Positions 38,001-51,058 of a stretch of DNA of 64,000 nt are shown here, piece after piece. The notes below the pieces were generated by a model. The model made no database searches. It was not told the DNA's origin and saw nothing but the letters and a program-made list of their open reading frames with translations. The DNA is from Ophelia neglecta (lineage: Eukaryota), in assembly GCA_965285935.1 (NCBI GenBank), contig OZ260664.1, positions 22,444,001-22,508,000 on the forward strand, in the 5' to 3' direction. Each line of letters begins with the position of its first letter. The stretch's first letter is position 1. The translations under genes and the position numbers were made by a program.

Positions 38001-41000
38001 CATTCGCCCCTTAAAATGCCATCTACCGTTCATGGTTGAGCTCAGCGATTACTATTTAAGTCTTAAAAGATTAATATGATGACTGCCGCAAAAATCTTTC
38101 GTAAACCCTCCTGCTAACTTAACGTTTATGAAAACGGTCGCTATGCAAGATCTTTAGGTCAGCATATGGTCATTCAAACTTTAGTGTGTGTGTGTGTGTG
38201 CGTGGGGGGGGGGGTCAACTGGAATACGAGCCCATATATAAGGACAGGTAGAGTCGCACAGTGCCGAACGGCAGAGGCCAATGTTTGAGTGCGTTTTGAC
38301 TGGGAAAGAGATAGCGAATCACGAGTCGATGTCTTTTTTTACTGATGTCTAATGACGGAAAGAACTTTCCTATATTAGCAGTATGTGTGCGGACATTAAC
38401 ATAACTATACGCACCATGATCGTCAGCAGTTAAGATCTATTAATTTGTTTGAAATATAACCAACTGTATAGTCTCTTCGAAAAGATCCCTGATCAATAAA
38501 TTGTTCTCATAATAAACATAGAAAAACCTCAATTTTCATACTTCTAAAGGATGTGGGTTGTTTCGTCTGTTTCCGCTAGCACTTCCGGTACGAAATGGCT
38601 GAGCTGTCTTCTGATCTTTGTCGTAATATTCGTTCTGATAAGTGGTGCCACCTATCGGCCCGTTTAAGTCGTATGATGCTTGGAAGGCGTTGGATGTCAT
38701 AGGACTAAAAGTCGAGCAAACGATTTAAATACACTAAATATAAATATGAATAAATTAATGCTTTCTTCTTTTAAACGTGCATAATATGTGCTACTTTGAA
38801 AGAAGGTGTAGCTCTATATAGACCAAACTAGTCAGTAATCTAATATTGAAACCAACCGTTCAGCGGCGGCCGACGGCGCTGGTTTCTCGGGATATTCTCG
38901 CTTATATGACGTCACATAAGGTCCTAGCGGTACCTGGTTTTCCGTTGCACGACCTACAAAGAAAAGCGTTCGACACATGATAGGAGGACGACCTCCATGA
39001 AAACATAGGGTGTGCTTACCGTAACACTAAAAATCCAGTTATATAGAAAGAAACTCTAAATCAGAGTTGTGCGATTAAGGTTGTTAGATGCCTGAAACCT
39101 CAGTGGAACTTATATACCCTCCGAGTGTCAAAACTATAAAAAAGTATCAAAGCTCACAGTGATTTTCGATCCGCTATTCTGCTAGCGAAGTAATTCGTTA
39201 GTTAATAGGTACCTAATTGCTAAGGCAAAGACTGGGTCTATGGATATAATAATCCTACTTCTCTCACGTTGCCTGACTAAGTTACTTGGGTTTAATAACT
39301 TGTTGTTTGCTCTTCTAGCGAGACACTGCATGATACAATGACATTGTCATGTTTTGTGGTCATTTTCTGTTGATCACATGTATCGGCAATGGATTATAGA
39401 CGGATAGAATTTAGATTAAATTATCTCGATTTAAAATATTATGATGATGGAATTCGCAGGATAAATGCATATCGATAGGCTACACAATATTTGTCACGTG
39501 ATTGCGAGGGTCGGGAAGGTATTGCGATTAAACTGCTTTGTAAGAAGACTCCTCCTCTCATACCGGTTTTATCATAGAACAAGACATTGAAATCTATAAG
39601 TGGTAGCTTTCATCAAATCGGATAGGCATCATAAATATTTGTTCACCGAGTTGCAGTGTCAATGTCATTACAGATTGCCATATCAGTTAAAGGAGAACTT
39701 ATTATTGTTGTTTATCGAGAGTTAAACAAGTGTACGAATTAATTTCCGAGTGCTTCCGAAATCATGTTTTGTAAATTCCGCTTACAACTTCAAACCGTGA
39801 TGAATGGAAAAATGCACTCATGAATAAAAAATCTTTTATAGTGTAGAAACAGTCATATTTAATAAAAGAAGGGATATTTTAGTTAATTTGGCAGTTTAAA
39901 GCTGATTATATGTTCTAAGCCTAAACGCGTAAAGAAAACAAGAGTTGATGAAATGTGGTATACATACAAAATAATAATTCAAGTCAAGTACAGTATGATT
40001 TCTAGACTACCTTCTTTGCTACTCTAATTTGAACTACTGAAATGTTACAGAGGTTCAAACTGTTCTGGGTTCTCAGAGTAGCACATCGATTTATGTTGAA
40101 TTCTCTTATAAAACATACAAAAACAGCATGTAAAAGCAAATATGTATACTTTTTTTTCTCAATCAGCCAGCGAATACGATTAATACCGGTAACTACACGA
40201 AGTGCATGCACAAAGCCTTCTTCCTTAATGAATTGCCACTCTTTTACTCTCTTATTAACGGACCCGCGGCGTCATGAAAGGCCAATTCGTGGTAGACTTT
40301 GTTTGGAATCGGTCAGTTCATGATTGGTCCTGGTGCCCATTACAGAATTGTATTTCGGACATATATATTGGCCTAATTCCTGAGGATGCGCATTGACAGC
40401 ATCAATAATAAACCAACACCACCTATTGTGATATTGTTGCACATCAGGTTTATTTTTAAAATTATTAATATAATTTTGAGTACTACTTCTGAAGTGAATT
40501 CACACTCTTTCAGGTCATTATATTCATTACACTACTACTGCGTTTGGCTTTCCAAACACGATCTTTCCCGTCATCACTGGTACGTTTTGTGAGCTTGTAT
40601 TGCCTATAGATAGTATAGAAGTTCAACCGATTTTCATCATAGGGTCAGCACAAAATAGAACGCAAGTAGTGTTGTTTAACGTAACTTAACAACACAAAAT
40701 CCATTGTGTGCCTACTGAGAATTTAATGAAAATAACAGCAGAATATTTGAGCAGACGATAATTAACACAAAGCAACTCACATAGATCCGCCATTGCAGTT
40801 TTCGGTCGTCTGTGTTTGTAGTAGAAGGCGGGGTTGTGCCCGTAACCGAAGGTCGGAGTTCTAATCGGTTTCTCCCGTTTCTCCTGATCTCTTACAGACT
40901 CTCCCAGGTTAATGGCGCTCAGCAGGTCCAGACACCGTCTTTGATCGGCAGGACTAGCTTTTTGGTAAAATTTCTCCAGATGCTTTTTGAAGCCTGGTGC

Positions 41001-41021
41001 CGCCACGTAGGTATCAGACAG
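35017..41021 (-). CDS. TEX26: Testis-expressed protein 26-like protein (probable ciliary/flagellar protein), multi-exon, 5' end unresolved
   Basis: Phase-compatible GT-AG exons 41021-40781, 38953-38857, 38704-38542, 37624-37474, 36761-36585, 36280-36113 and 35213-35017 splice to 397 aa plus stop. Motifs YVTSYKREY, YDLNGPIGGTTYQNEY, RRNNPHP, FMVWKLP, STYQQDY, DWKSKVP, RYGCN, GVVP and TTYEREY are colinear with my recollection of human TEX26 (YSLSDPI..TQYSDEY, FLWTLP, EWKK, KYGC, GLVP, TTYQSDY). Possible extra phase-0 exon 41249-41208. Confidence 0.82.
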
Positions 41022-42391
41022 CTGAAAATAAGAGTGTTGATAATAATCGATAGAAATTATAGCAATAAATAATAAACTGAAATGCTTCGTTGTCGCAATG
41101 TCGCCCGAAATGGACAATTGTGATAAAGGTGTACTATGACGTCACAGTGTGGATGTTTCGTTGTACGCTACAAATTTGATGACGTTCCTTTTCTGTCAAT
41201 TTATCACCTTCCTGAGATCGCTCCTCAGATGTGGCTGACTGTCGTAACACTAGTATACAAAAAGTCGATGAACAGACATGTATAATTCACAGGATGTCCT
41301 CGTTACATAGTAAATGTTTGATCTGTTTTTAGGTCTGCACAAACACAATGAGGAAAATTTATGAATTATTCCCATGTTGTTGCCAGCCGAGGCGTTCAGC
41401 CATTTGATAGCACATGCACTATGGGGAAAGCGAGGCGAGACGTGCATTATGTTATAGATTGGATTGGAAAAAAACATTAACTTCAAAGTATTTATTGGCC
41501 ACAACACTTTGATTAGTTAAACTTAAGAATTTTAAGTCATCGCCTGCTGCAGATTAATTCACTTGTTTATTTTAGCAGTAGGAGCGCCTTCTTGTCCCGG
41601 GCTGACCAGCCTTTACTGGTGATGATGTTGAGAAATTTCGCGTTTTAATAAATGCTAAGTAACAAAAACAACGGTTGTGTACTTTTTGCCCCACATGCAC
41701 ATCCCTCACCGCTTTCCCTCCAAAAAGTCCTCAATATTAAACATATATTTATATATTTGTTGTCGACCACGTTTGGGTCTTTTTCACCACTCGAAAAGGG
41801 TAAAAATGAGGCACACCAGAGGTTTTTTGCTATTCCGAATGAACAATACAGATTTGATTATTCTCGCATAGTTCCGTGCATGACTACCGCGGCCCTAGTT
41901 TGTCTGTAGAAATGATACAAGTAGGAAATACTGAAGGTTTTAGGTATGTCATGGAAAATTCATGGAAGTCTTTCCGAAGAAAGACCAACCGAGGCGCAGA
42001 CTCCGAAAGCCTGGTAATACAATGGCGTCTCGTTCCAGTGTCGACTGCAGCGCCCTGAGGCGTCTGTCTGTCGAGATGACGAGTGTGAGTAGTGGATAGG
42101 AAGGCGTTATAGTAGCATAACTTCTGGACCTTCTGTACAAAGTGTACAAACCCTGACTGCCTGATTACCACAGTATGTGGATCCATTAGGAACTCCTATT
42201 TATTTACACACAGTCCGAGTATACCCAAATGGCCACTGGACAGAAATCAATAAATATACTAGACACTGCGTAAGCTGACATACACTAATTAAAACTACTT
42301 TCAATATTTTGAATGATCTGTCTTAAAGTTGCTATTGTCAACCTTAATTATCGGCTACCACGCCAACGTCTAATCAGTATTGAAATGTATA

Positions 42392-42547
42392 CAGTGAAAC
42401 CTGCCTTAAAGACCCCCTCTATATTAAGACCACCTTTCAATTCAGACCAATGATATGCAAACCACACTGTATGTTTTCAATGTAAAATAACCTGTCTAAA
42501 CAGACCACATAATGAGACCAGTATTTTCCAGTCCCTTAGGTGGTCTG
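42392..42547 (+). mobile_element. 3'-truncated copy of the pogo/Tigger-like MITE
   Basis: TA|CAGTGAAACCTG start; aligns with the 15246 copy but lacks the right TIR. Confidence 0.8.
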
Positions 42548-45500
42548 TATAAAAAAGCAGTAGTGATAAATTCATTCAACCCTTCTCTAAAACGGAAATG
42601 TCAAGTCTGTTCTTCAGTCATTACCATAAAGACAGAGTTCCAGTTTTAAATGTTATTCATTAGTTTAAAAAAAATCGTTTTTAAAGTATAGTTCAATTTA
42701 AATTGTAGTAGCAAATAATAAGAGGACCCATTTTGAATTCGGCATAGTGTGTGCTGAATTAGTCCGATCTGTTCTCTAGGCTTACTGTAGGTGTCGGGTT
42801 TGAGTCTTTATTATTAATGTGTCCTAATCATACAAATATTGAAAACATCCATAACGATAAGTAGATTGAATGTCTAACAGTCCCATACTGAAAGCCCGGG
42901 TTTTCAGAGATTAAACTTACAAGATATAGGCCTATATAGGCCTATACTATACAGGCCTTTCTCTAGTCTCAATATTCAGTGACATATTTTAGGTTATTCA
43001 CACATGGTGTAATTATATCAACCAGGCTTCATTACTTCTAGTCTATATTAATTGTTTTTGGCTTTTTCCTATAAACAGCTCACTAAAACATTGGTCACAT
43101 AAGTATAGATGTTAATAATCTTGGGAGAGAGAGTGGGGGGGGGGGGGGGTTGCACACCATTTAGACGGGGCGACACTTTGAGGTTCGTAAAACCATTCCC
43201 ACTGACTTAAATAGTATCGAGGCCTTCGGATGCCGTCATCAGTTGAACGAGTGCTCCGTGGATAGGGCCAGCGCCTGCATGTAATTAGGGAATCCATATG
43301 ACCTATACCCATTCTTGAAACAGCCAGTATGAAAAAGCAGAACCATCTGTGTAAAAGTTAGCCGAAAATGGACCGCTGTAAATTCCGGCTTTCAAAAATC
43401 GTAATTGCCGCTATTGAAAACCTGCCTATGTAAAAATAATCAAGGAGCTCTTACCCGCCCAGATCTGTTTACACCACAACTGAGACCGGAGTATACTTAA
43501 AAAAAAACATACCTGTAGTATGTTATTTACTGCGTACTTGTCATGTTTCAGTGCCAACAGTAAACGCTCCTCAGGTACATTGTACAGAATTTACAAACAG
43601 GGGATCGATCAGTCGAGTTTTGCCAATTCAATATTTGGTTTGCTATAGCACGCTTGTTCACAAGTTTTATGTAGCCACGCACCACTACGTGTTTGTTTTA
43701 CTGAATCTGTCACCAATTGGTAACTTAGACTCAGGTTACATAGTTTAATAACTAGTTATCGTAATTGGGGCTACTTGAAGAATACAGTGTGTTTACAGAA
43801 GTAACTCTAACATCATTTTTAGGCCTTGACATGAGGTCAGCTCTGTCGTAGATATTTATGCTAAACGAAATCCAAACACGGGTTTTTAATAAAATTTCTA
43901 ACTAAACTTGGCTTAACAGTCATGTAAAAGGCAAGGGATAGGGCTGGAGAACTATTAAATATTATGACGGGAATATGAGAAAACCCCCTCGGCGGCCAAA
44001 CAAAACTTTAAAGTGACTAAGACGCCATTTTATACCATTTAAACGCGAATTTGTAATTTCCTTTTATGATAAGTTATTAATGCAATCCATATACAATAGA
44101 AGGATTAGCAAGCAACTGTGAGTTTTAACATGATAATTAAGCTATGTTATGTAATTACGAACAGGATTAAATAGAAGCGAATATAATAGACATAAAGCTG
44201 GATACGAATTTAACAGATAGCCAATAGTATGTATTAGATTAATTAATAATAAATACCACAAACGCAAGTTAATAAATGAAGGTTGAGTGTACGGGAACAG
44301 GCCAGGGGCAGCAATAAGCTTCCGTTTTTTGTTTTTTTTTAGTGTCTAGACACAATATGAGTATCTAGGATTCAAAAGTCCAATAGATTTGTAACTAACA
44401 TTTGCTTAACATGCATTGTATGTGTTACATAATCAAAAGCCACACTTCGGCCGATCCTGACAACGCGCATACTTCAAAGTGATCGATCCTTCCGTACTGG
44501 CCTGATAAGACATTAACAGGTAAAATGGCTAACGACAATGATCGAACAAAACATATATCATCATGTCAGGAATCACACAGACATTTATACCAGAGAAGAT
44601 GGAATTATTTGCTTCCAGTCCAAAAATATTAAGTCTATTGTATACGCGATTTCCGATAAATAAGTCACATATACAATTTTATAGATTTCTCCATATAAAT
44701 AGAGTTTTAGTAGCTGTTAGATATTACAAGTTGGCAATACATTTAATATTCCAAGCTGTTCATGGTTTATTTTCTCACCTTGGCTTCGTGATTTTCATAT
44801 TCATCCAAACCATTGTAATCTCCCGTGCTAGAAGTGGGCCTATATTTCACAGAAGTGGGCATTTTGTCATAAATTCTGTGAACTATTCCTATAAATATAT
44901 GTCCATGTAGAGTCTGTGTATTTTGAGATCTCGGTCCTTTATCCCGTTGGTGTGTTAATTGTATGTACAAAACGCGGTATGACGAAAGCACTCATACATA
45001 TAGATCGGCGTATAAATACAAGGTTTAAGCACGGGGATCTCAGCCTAAGCCTGCTTGGTGTATGGTTGTATAAGGCCACTCGGTCCGTTTCTAGTTTATA
45101 AAATGAGCCGGGCAGGTTCGCAGACGTTCAATGGGCCATGTTGACGGTAACTACCGGCGGCTTTGTTGGTCGTTAAGATCGTTCAATCTCACATTGTTGA
45201 CACTTGTATTACAACGAAAAATCTCGACAGCCATTTCACACTCTGTGATACTTCATTGACTTTCAGATGTGATTGATCAACATTTATCAGCCACTTAATA
45301 GAATGTGTGTATATCTCTCTCTCTCTCTTTATTTATGCCACTAATCTTTGAAGTATCAGCCTTTAATATATCAGTAGTCGACTTAAAAAATATATCAAGG
45401 AAGGTACTCGCTACTTGTACTTACAAACCTTAATTTCTTTGTGAACACTTTGATAATTACAAAATCGAGTGCGCTTTGCATTAAAGAATACATCTAAGGC

Positions 45501-45637
45501 CTATACCTACAAAAACACCACTCGATGAATAAGATACGATACATTGTATATTCTTCTAGCCGGAGTAGAAAACAGTCCCTCATTGCCTGATCCGACAAAT
45601 TTTTTGGAGCATCAACGCATTTAAAAACGGAATACCC

Positions 45638-45794
45638 CCAAAATCAGACCAGTATTTTTCAGTCTCTTTGGTGGTCTTAATTCACAGGTTTCACTGTACT
45701 CTCAGTGTTAAATAACCTGTCTAAACAAACCATCTCCAAAATCAGACCACCTTTTACCAGTCCCTTGAGTGGTCTTAATTCACAGGTTTCACTG
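45638..45794 (+). mobile_element. Two tandem right-end fragments of the same MITE family
   Basis: GTGGTCTTAATTCACAGGTTTCACTG|TA occurs twice, ending at 45696 and 45794. Confidence 0.8.
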
Positions 45795-46559
45795 TACATG
45801 CATTGGAGCGATGTCTGAAGGCTTCACTGATTATATGACGAGGCCTATATGAGTCCGTTAAACAAGACACGTTCACGCAGAATCATACATATGACCATAA
45901 CATAAAAGCAAATCAAAACATCACACAGGCAACACAAAGCAACATCGATCAGAATGCTTTCATTGTTTTGTTTTGTTTTTGGTTTACAAACCCGACGATA
46001 TACAGCATTTTGGCCCCCTTCTCCCTGGGTTGGGGGGGGGGGGCGCATGCGCGTTCACGATTTCTCGGTAAAAGGGGTACAATAGGATCATCTTTAACAT
46101 CAACCATCCTCGTCCTCGAGCTCTCTAGCACCCCAACGCAAGCCACTACCATTACCGTTTCAGGACGTACTAACTCTACAAGCATACCATGTGGTGATTT
46201 GCTTTTACTACTGCCAACCAAAAAGAAAATATTAACACTCCATCAGCACGGTAAGTATAAGGTGAGCGCGTGCTTTTATAGGTGCAATAGTATGGTATAA
46301 ATTCTCTGGCTTCGCATTCCTGTATCAAAGAGTAAGTTTTGTAAAAACTAAGGAAGGTAGGCCTTCATATAAAAGTCAATAATATTGCAATAGGCTATGT
46401 GACCACCTCCTATTGTCTATGTACATCTCAATGTGGTACAGTTTTAGCCTAAATGACTGAGTGTGTAAAGTGCTCTATCTGTTGTACGCGTACGCACTTT
46501 TTTTTTCGCATGCGAAAGATGGCGGAATCGCCTTCCATCCCCAGCTAGCACCTTTTTCT

Positions 46560-46910
46560 TCATGTTTGCTCTTTATAGCCACCCGTTGCAACAAAATTGT
46601 ACAAGTATAAGATGTAGGATATCACACATAAACATTGCAGGCCGCGAGACGCCAAGCTCGTTTTTTCTATACAATAACAGAGGTTTGAACTTCGTTGTTT
46701 TATTAGTGTCGATAACAAAGGGAGGCTTCTTTGATGTAAACGGTGTGCGAAAGACAATCGGATAAGAGATATAAGGCTGTGGCACGTAATCACGATAGGC
46801 AATAATTATACTCTTTACAAACATTAGTAGTTCAGCCATTGTGTACCTTTTTTGGAACTGAACTGGTAAAGGTGAATATGTACTTTCCATGAAACTTTAT
46901 CATGCTTAAT
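46560..46910 (-). mobile_element. Highly degenerate LINE reverse-transcriptase C-terminal relic
   Basis: Frameshifted translation HDKVSWKVHI (cf. DxxLSWKxHI) and YRDYVPQPYISYPIVF (cf. YxxxIxPYxxYCxxVW). Confidence 0.4.
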
Positions 46911-49900
46911 AGACATAGGCATGCGCTCATTCAATCTGTATTTACTAGAGAGCAAATTTTGCTCATTTCTATCTATCAATTATTGCAATTTCTCCTTAAA
47001 TCAATTTCGGTTATTGTACATATATCAGAGAAGGCATAAACCGCTGCGTTCGGCAGCACTGAAACAAAACTTGTATTAAACATGACTAGTGAGAAACGAG
47101 AGAAACCTATTTAGTTATGTATCATTGTGGCTTGGAGGCCGATAAACCCACACATCTGTCTTAGAGTGTCCGTAATCAACCGACAGGTGTCAGGGCACTA
47201 CATTTACTATCAATAAATACCGACTCTTCTAAGCACCGAACATTGCAGTCAATAAGTGTAATGTTTTTGGATTAAACTATACATTGATCTACTGGTATAT
47301 ATGAACCCAAATGACAGAATGGCGAGTTACTTTTATCGCGGCTATCTTTTAATTAATTAATTAATGGTGGCCATGCGTGTTCCTGCAAAATGAGATATTG
47401 TTTGCGGATATGTTTTATCTACATGTATCTTTTTCTAAGCACTAAGTCCAGGATAAGTCACGGTATTGATTTGAATGGAGGGGAATTGGGGGATGCGGAT
47501 TCATGGCGGGGGGGGGGGGGGGGGGGGGGGGCGGCGGCATGGAAGGTTTGTTTGAGAAGCATGTACACACCAATGCCTTATGAGTATTTCTATCGCGCTC
47601 GAAAGAGAAAGGCAAATAGTATCTTTCATAACCTCACCTTTTGATTAACTTTTTAACTTTTTAGTAGCCTTTAAGTTACATTATATTCTTCTATACTTTG
47701 ATATTGACTCCCGAATTTTTACTGTTTTTCGACATTAAATGACCGCCCGCATGGTCGCCAGCACCTCAATTGGTGGTCTCACCCATACCTCAGGTTTTAA
47801 TGTCCATGTAGGTCCAGCTGATCTACAACCAACTTATTTACTTATTTATTTAATATGCACATATCTGTCAGTTGTAACTAGTTGAAATGTAGATGTGCCA
47901 ATCTGACAATGTCAAACATAATACAAATATAACAAGTGTAGTGATAGGATGGAGACACACTGCAAACCCCCAGGCGGACTGTGTATGCACTCGAAGGTTT
48001 TTTAATACAGTTCATAGATACAGTTTATTGAATAAATAACCCGCTTTTTTCTTTATTTTACACATATACGAGCTGCGTATCTGTCGTAAATAGCATAATA
48101 CCAATGTCCCTTAATAACAGCACTATTTTATAGTTTTGACTTGTTGGCACAACTTTAAAAACACTTTCAATGTGACGCCAACGCCATTAAGTCCAACTTT
48201 ACACACACAAAGACATTAATTCACAAAAAGGGGGAAGTACACTTAGACATACATCATTTTTACTCACCCATCACCGTATAAAATGTCAGGCGTGTCCTGA
48301 AATCGGACTCTGCCGTGGTTACTATAAATCTCACCAAAGTTATCCAACTCAGTTCCAAATCCTATAGTGTTTCCAGCACTCTATAGTCATGGAAACTTGC
48401 GGTTGCCGACGTTAGTATGTAGAGCCGAGAGCTGGCCTCGGCTGTCGATTCGGAGAACTGCATGCAGTAGAAGATATCATGGACGTTTATCACTTGACCT
48501 GCAATAAATAAACAATGTTAATCTCAGCAAACGTGAGATAGGAAGTTGTAAAATTCATTATGATCATAGTCTGATCCTTATTCAATCCTCAGTTGAGCAT
48601 GGCAAGATAACATTTTTAGATAATCTCGAAACTTTAAATGCATACAATGCGTTTTAGGTAAACTATTCGATTATAACAACAGTAACGTTAGTTAAATACA
48701 ACACCAATGTTTTCATCCGTGGTGCTCCGGTGTCTTTTCTATTTAACTCCAGTAACTCGTTGTATGATCTTGCTAACACAGTAAACACCGTGAAGGTAAT
48801 TATAATTATTCCATCAAGTCCAGTAACAGTGCTTGTTCGTGACCAAATGGGAGAATTGGCCATGCGGAGGCATGGTTTGGTTAAATTAAAGTAAGGATTA
48901 ATTACTCATTTGTCTCTGATTAGTCTATACCAGTGTCAGTTACATCTGTCTGACAGATTAGATATCCATGCATGTGTCATATTATATGAGGGACTAGACA
49001 ATATCGTGTGGATTTAAATCGATTTATATTACCATAATGAGCAATCGATAAGTATATTCCGTTTGATCGGCTTTAAAGGTCATTGATTAGATTATAAAAG
49101 TTTCTATTATTGATTTTAAGAACCTTTTCAGATATGACTCCATTTGTTCGTGGAATTTTTTCTTCGTGTGTATTTCATAACCTGCATCCTCCACATCGGC
49201 TTCATATTATAATAAGTACTGAAATAAAAATGAATAATAATATGTTATTTTAGGTTTGGGCTCGATGGAACGAAATTCAGTAGTCGGCCTAAATCACGAT
49301 TTGCCCACAAATTAAGTCTCAGAATAACGTGCATATGTGTTACTACTTGTCTTAGCTGGCAGTATATGTGTGAGCTGCTCCTTGCCTAAATGGTGAATAT
49401 TTTTTGTTTTATTGTCCACTGGCGGGGAAGCTGCGTTTGATTGATTGAAACTTTATTTCCTCCAGGACTGAAGAGATCGAACGTACACGTATATAAATAA
49501 CAATGAAATACCACAATATATGTGATTATGTACAAAAGCAAATAGAGCCATTTGGCCTCGGCTGGTATCATTCGATTTGTTCGGCAACGCTTCTAGATGT
49601 TAGCACTTAATTATATGTCCGCTGCCAATGCCTAAAGGTAAATGCTTTTATTTTTAATTAGCCGTGTCACTTTTTTAGAAGATTGTATTAATTATGCTGT
49701 GAACAAACACTAGACGGTATTCGATACAAAAATCCGTTTTGAGGGAGTTCCCTGAAAAACCCACAAGATATTAAAATATACAAGAAAGACATATGCAAGG
49801 AATCCAGTGGTGACATTGAGTTTAACTTGGTTCTCAATTTAAAATCAAAATTGATAATTAGAAAAAAAAGATATTCTTTTTCATTTTTCACGTGTTCAAG

Positions 49901-51058
49901 TTGTTTGATTATCCTTGAATAGTTTAGTTGAACCACTCACAAATGATTTCTCGGTTTCCGGGATAGGAACATAAATGCTGGAGTCTAAATCACATGGGAA
50001 AGAAAAAAACCTTTATACGACACATCTCCTAGTGTTTAATGTGAAGTTTTAAGCTATTTACCGACCTGTCAAGTACAGTATATTATTATTTTCTAATATT
50101 CAAACGTATATAGCATCAGTAGATGGTAAAAGGTTTATGTAATTCGACAAATTACGTCTTTAATTCTTAGTTTTTATCTTATCGAATGTCGTAGTACCCA
50201 CCCTCTTCGGTTTTCAAAAAACCTTTCGGTACCAAATAACCACAAGATTAGCTTGAAACGTGTCTATTGAAAGTGACAGTATATTCAAATATTATCCAGT
50301 GTGCCATCCGGCCAGAATTGAATACATTTTAAATAATAGTTAATAATATTTTATTCATATAAGTTCTCTTCAAACTAGTAGGATGATTCATACTTCTATG
50401 TATAGCACAATGATGTTTACATTATTTAAATAATATTTGAATGATGTTAAAATAATACTTACATAGTTGGTATAATTGTCTCTGCTCTGAATTTCATGTA
50501 TTTTTTTTGTCGCTATGGTCCAAGTGATTGCATTTCGGTTGACCGACCGCTGTTGTATAGGGCGGCCATTATTATTAATGGGGTCGAGGGGGGTAGGGGT
50601 TACTGACTGGGGGAGAGGCAGACTTCACTACAAACTATTTTTGTAACCCCCCCCCCCCCCGCATCACATTTGCTAACTTATCGACAAGAACTGAAACATG
50701 TTTGAATTATTTCCTCCCAGGTGATCATTTCCAACTCTTTCACCGCCCCCCCCCCCCCTCCCCCTCCTAGATTCGACTAGATAATTACCCCTCGCATAGT
50801 AGTAGTTCGAATTGTTCAACTAAACCATATGCCAGCTGATTTATCTGTGTGCATTGTACCTTGATTACAAAAGGCCGCTTATAACCATGAAGCTAACATT
50901 CGCGTCCGCCGCGTCTGCGTTTTATAAAAAGCCATCAAATTATTGTTTATTCTAAGGTATTGTCACGTGATCCACTTCACAGATGTCGCACATTAGCAGG
51001 TCGACTTGTTAAATAGTTCCCAGGTTTTCATAGTGGTACACGTCTGTGCACAATAAAA

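Noticed and set aside
41884-42186. 100-aa minus-strand ORF as first exon of the TEX26-like gene
   Set aside because: No good phase-0 donor and no recognisable similarity.
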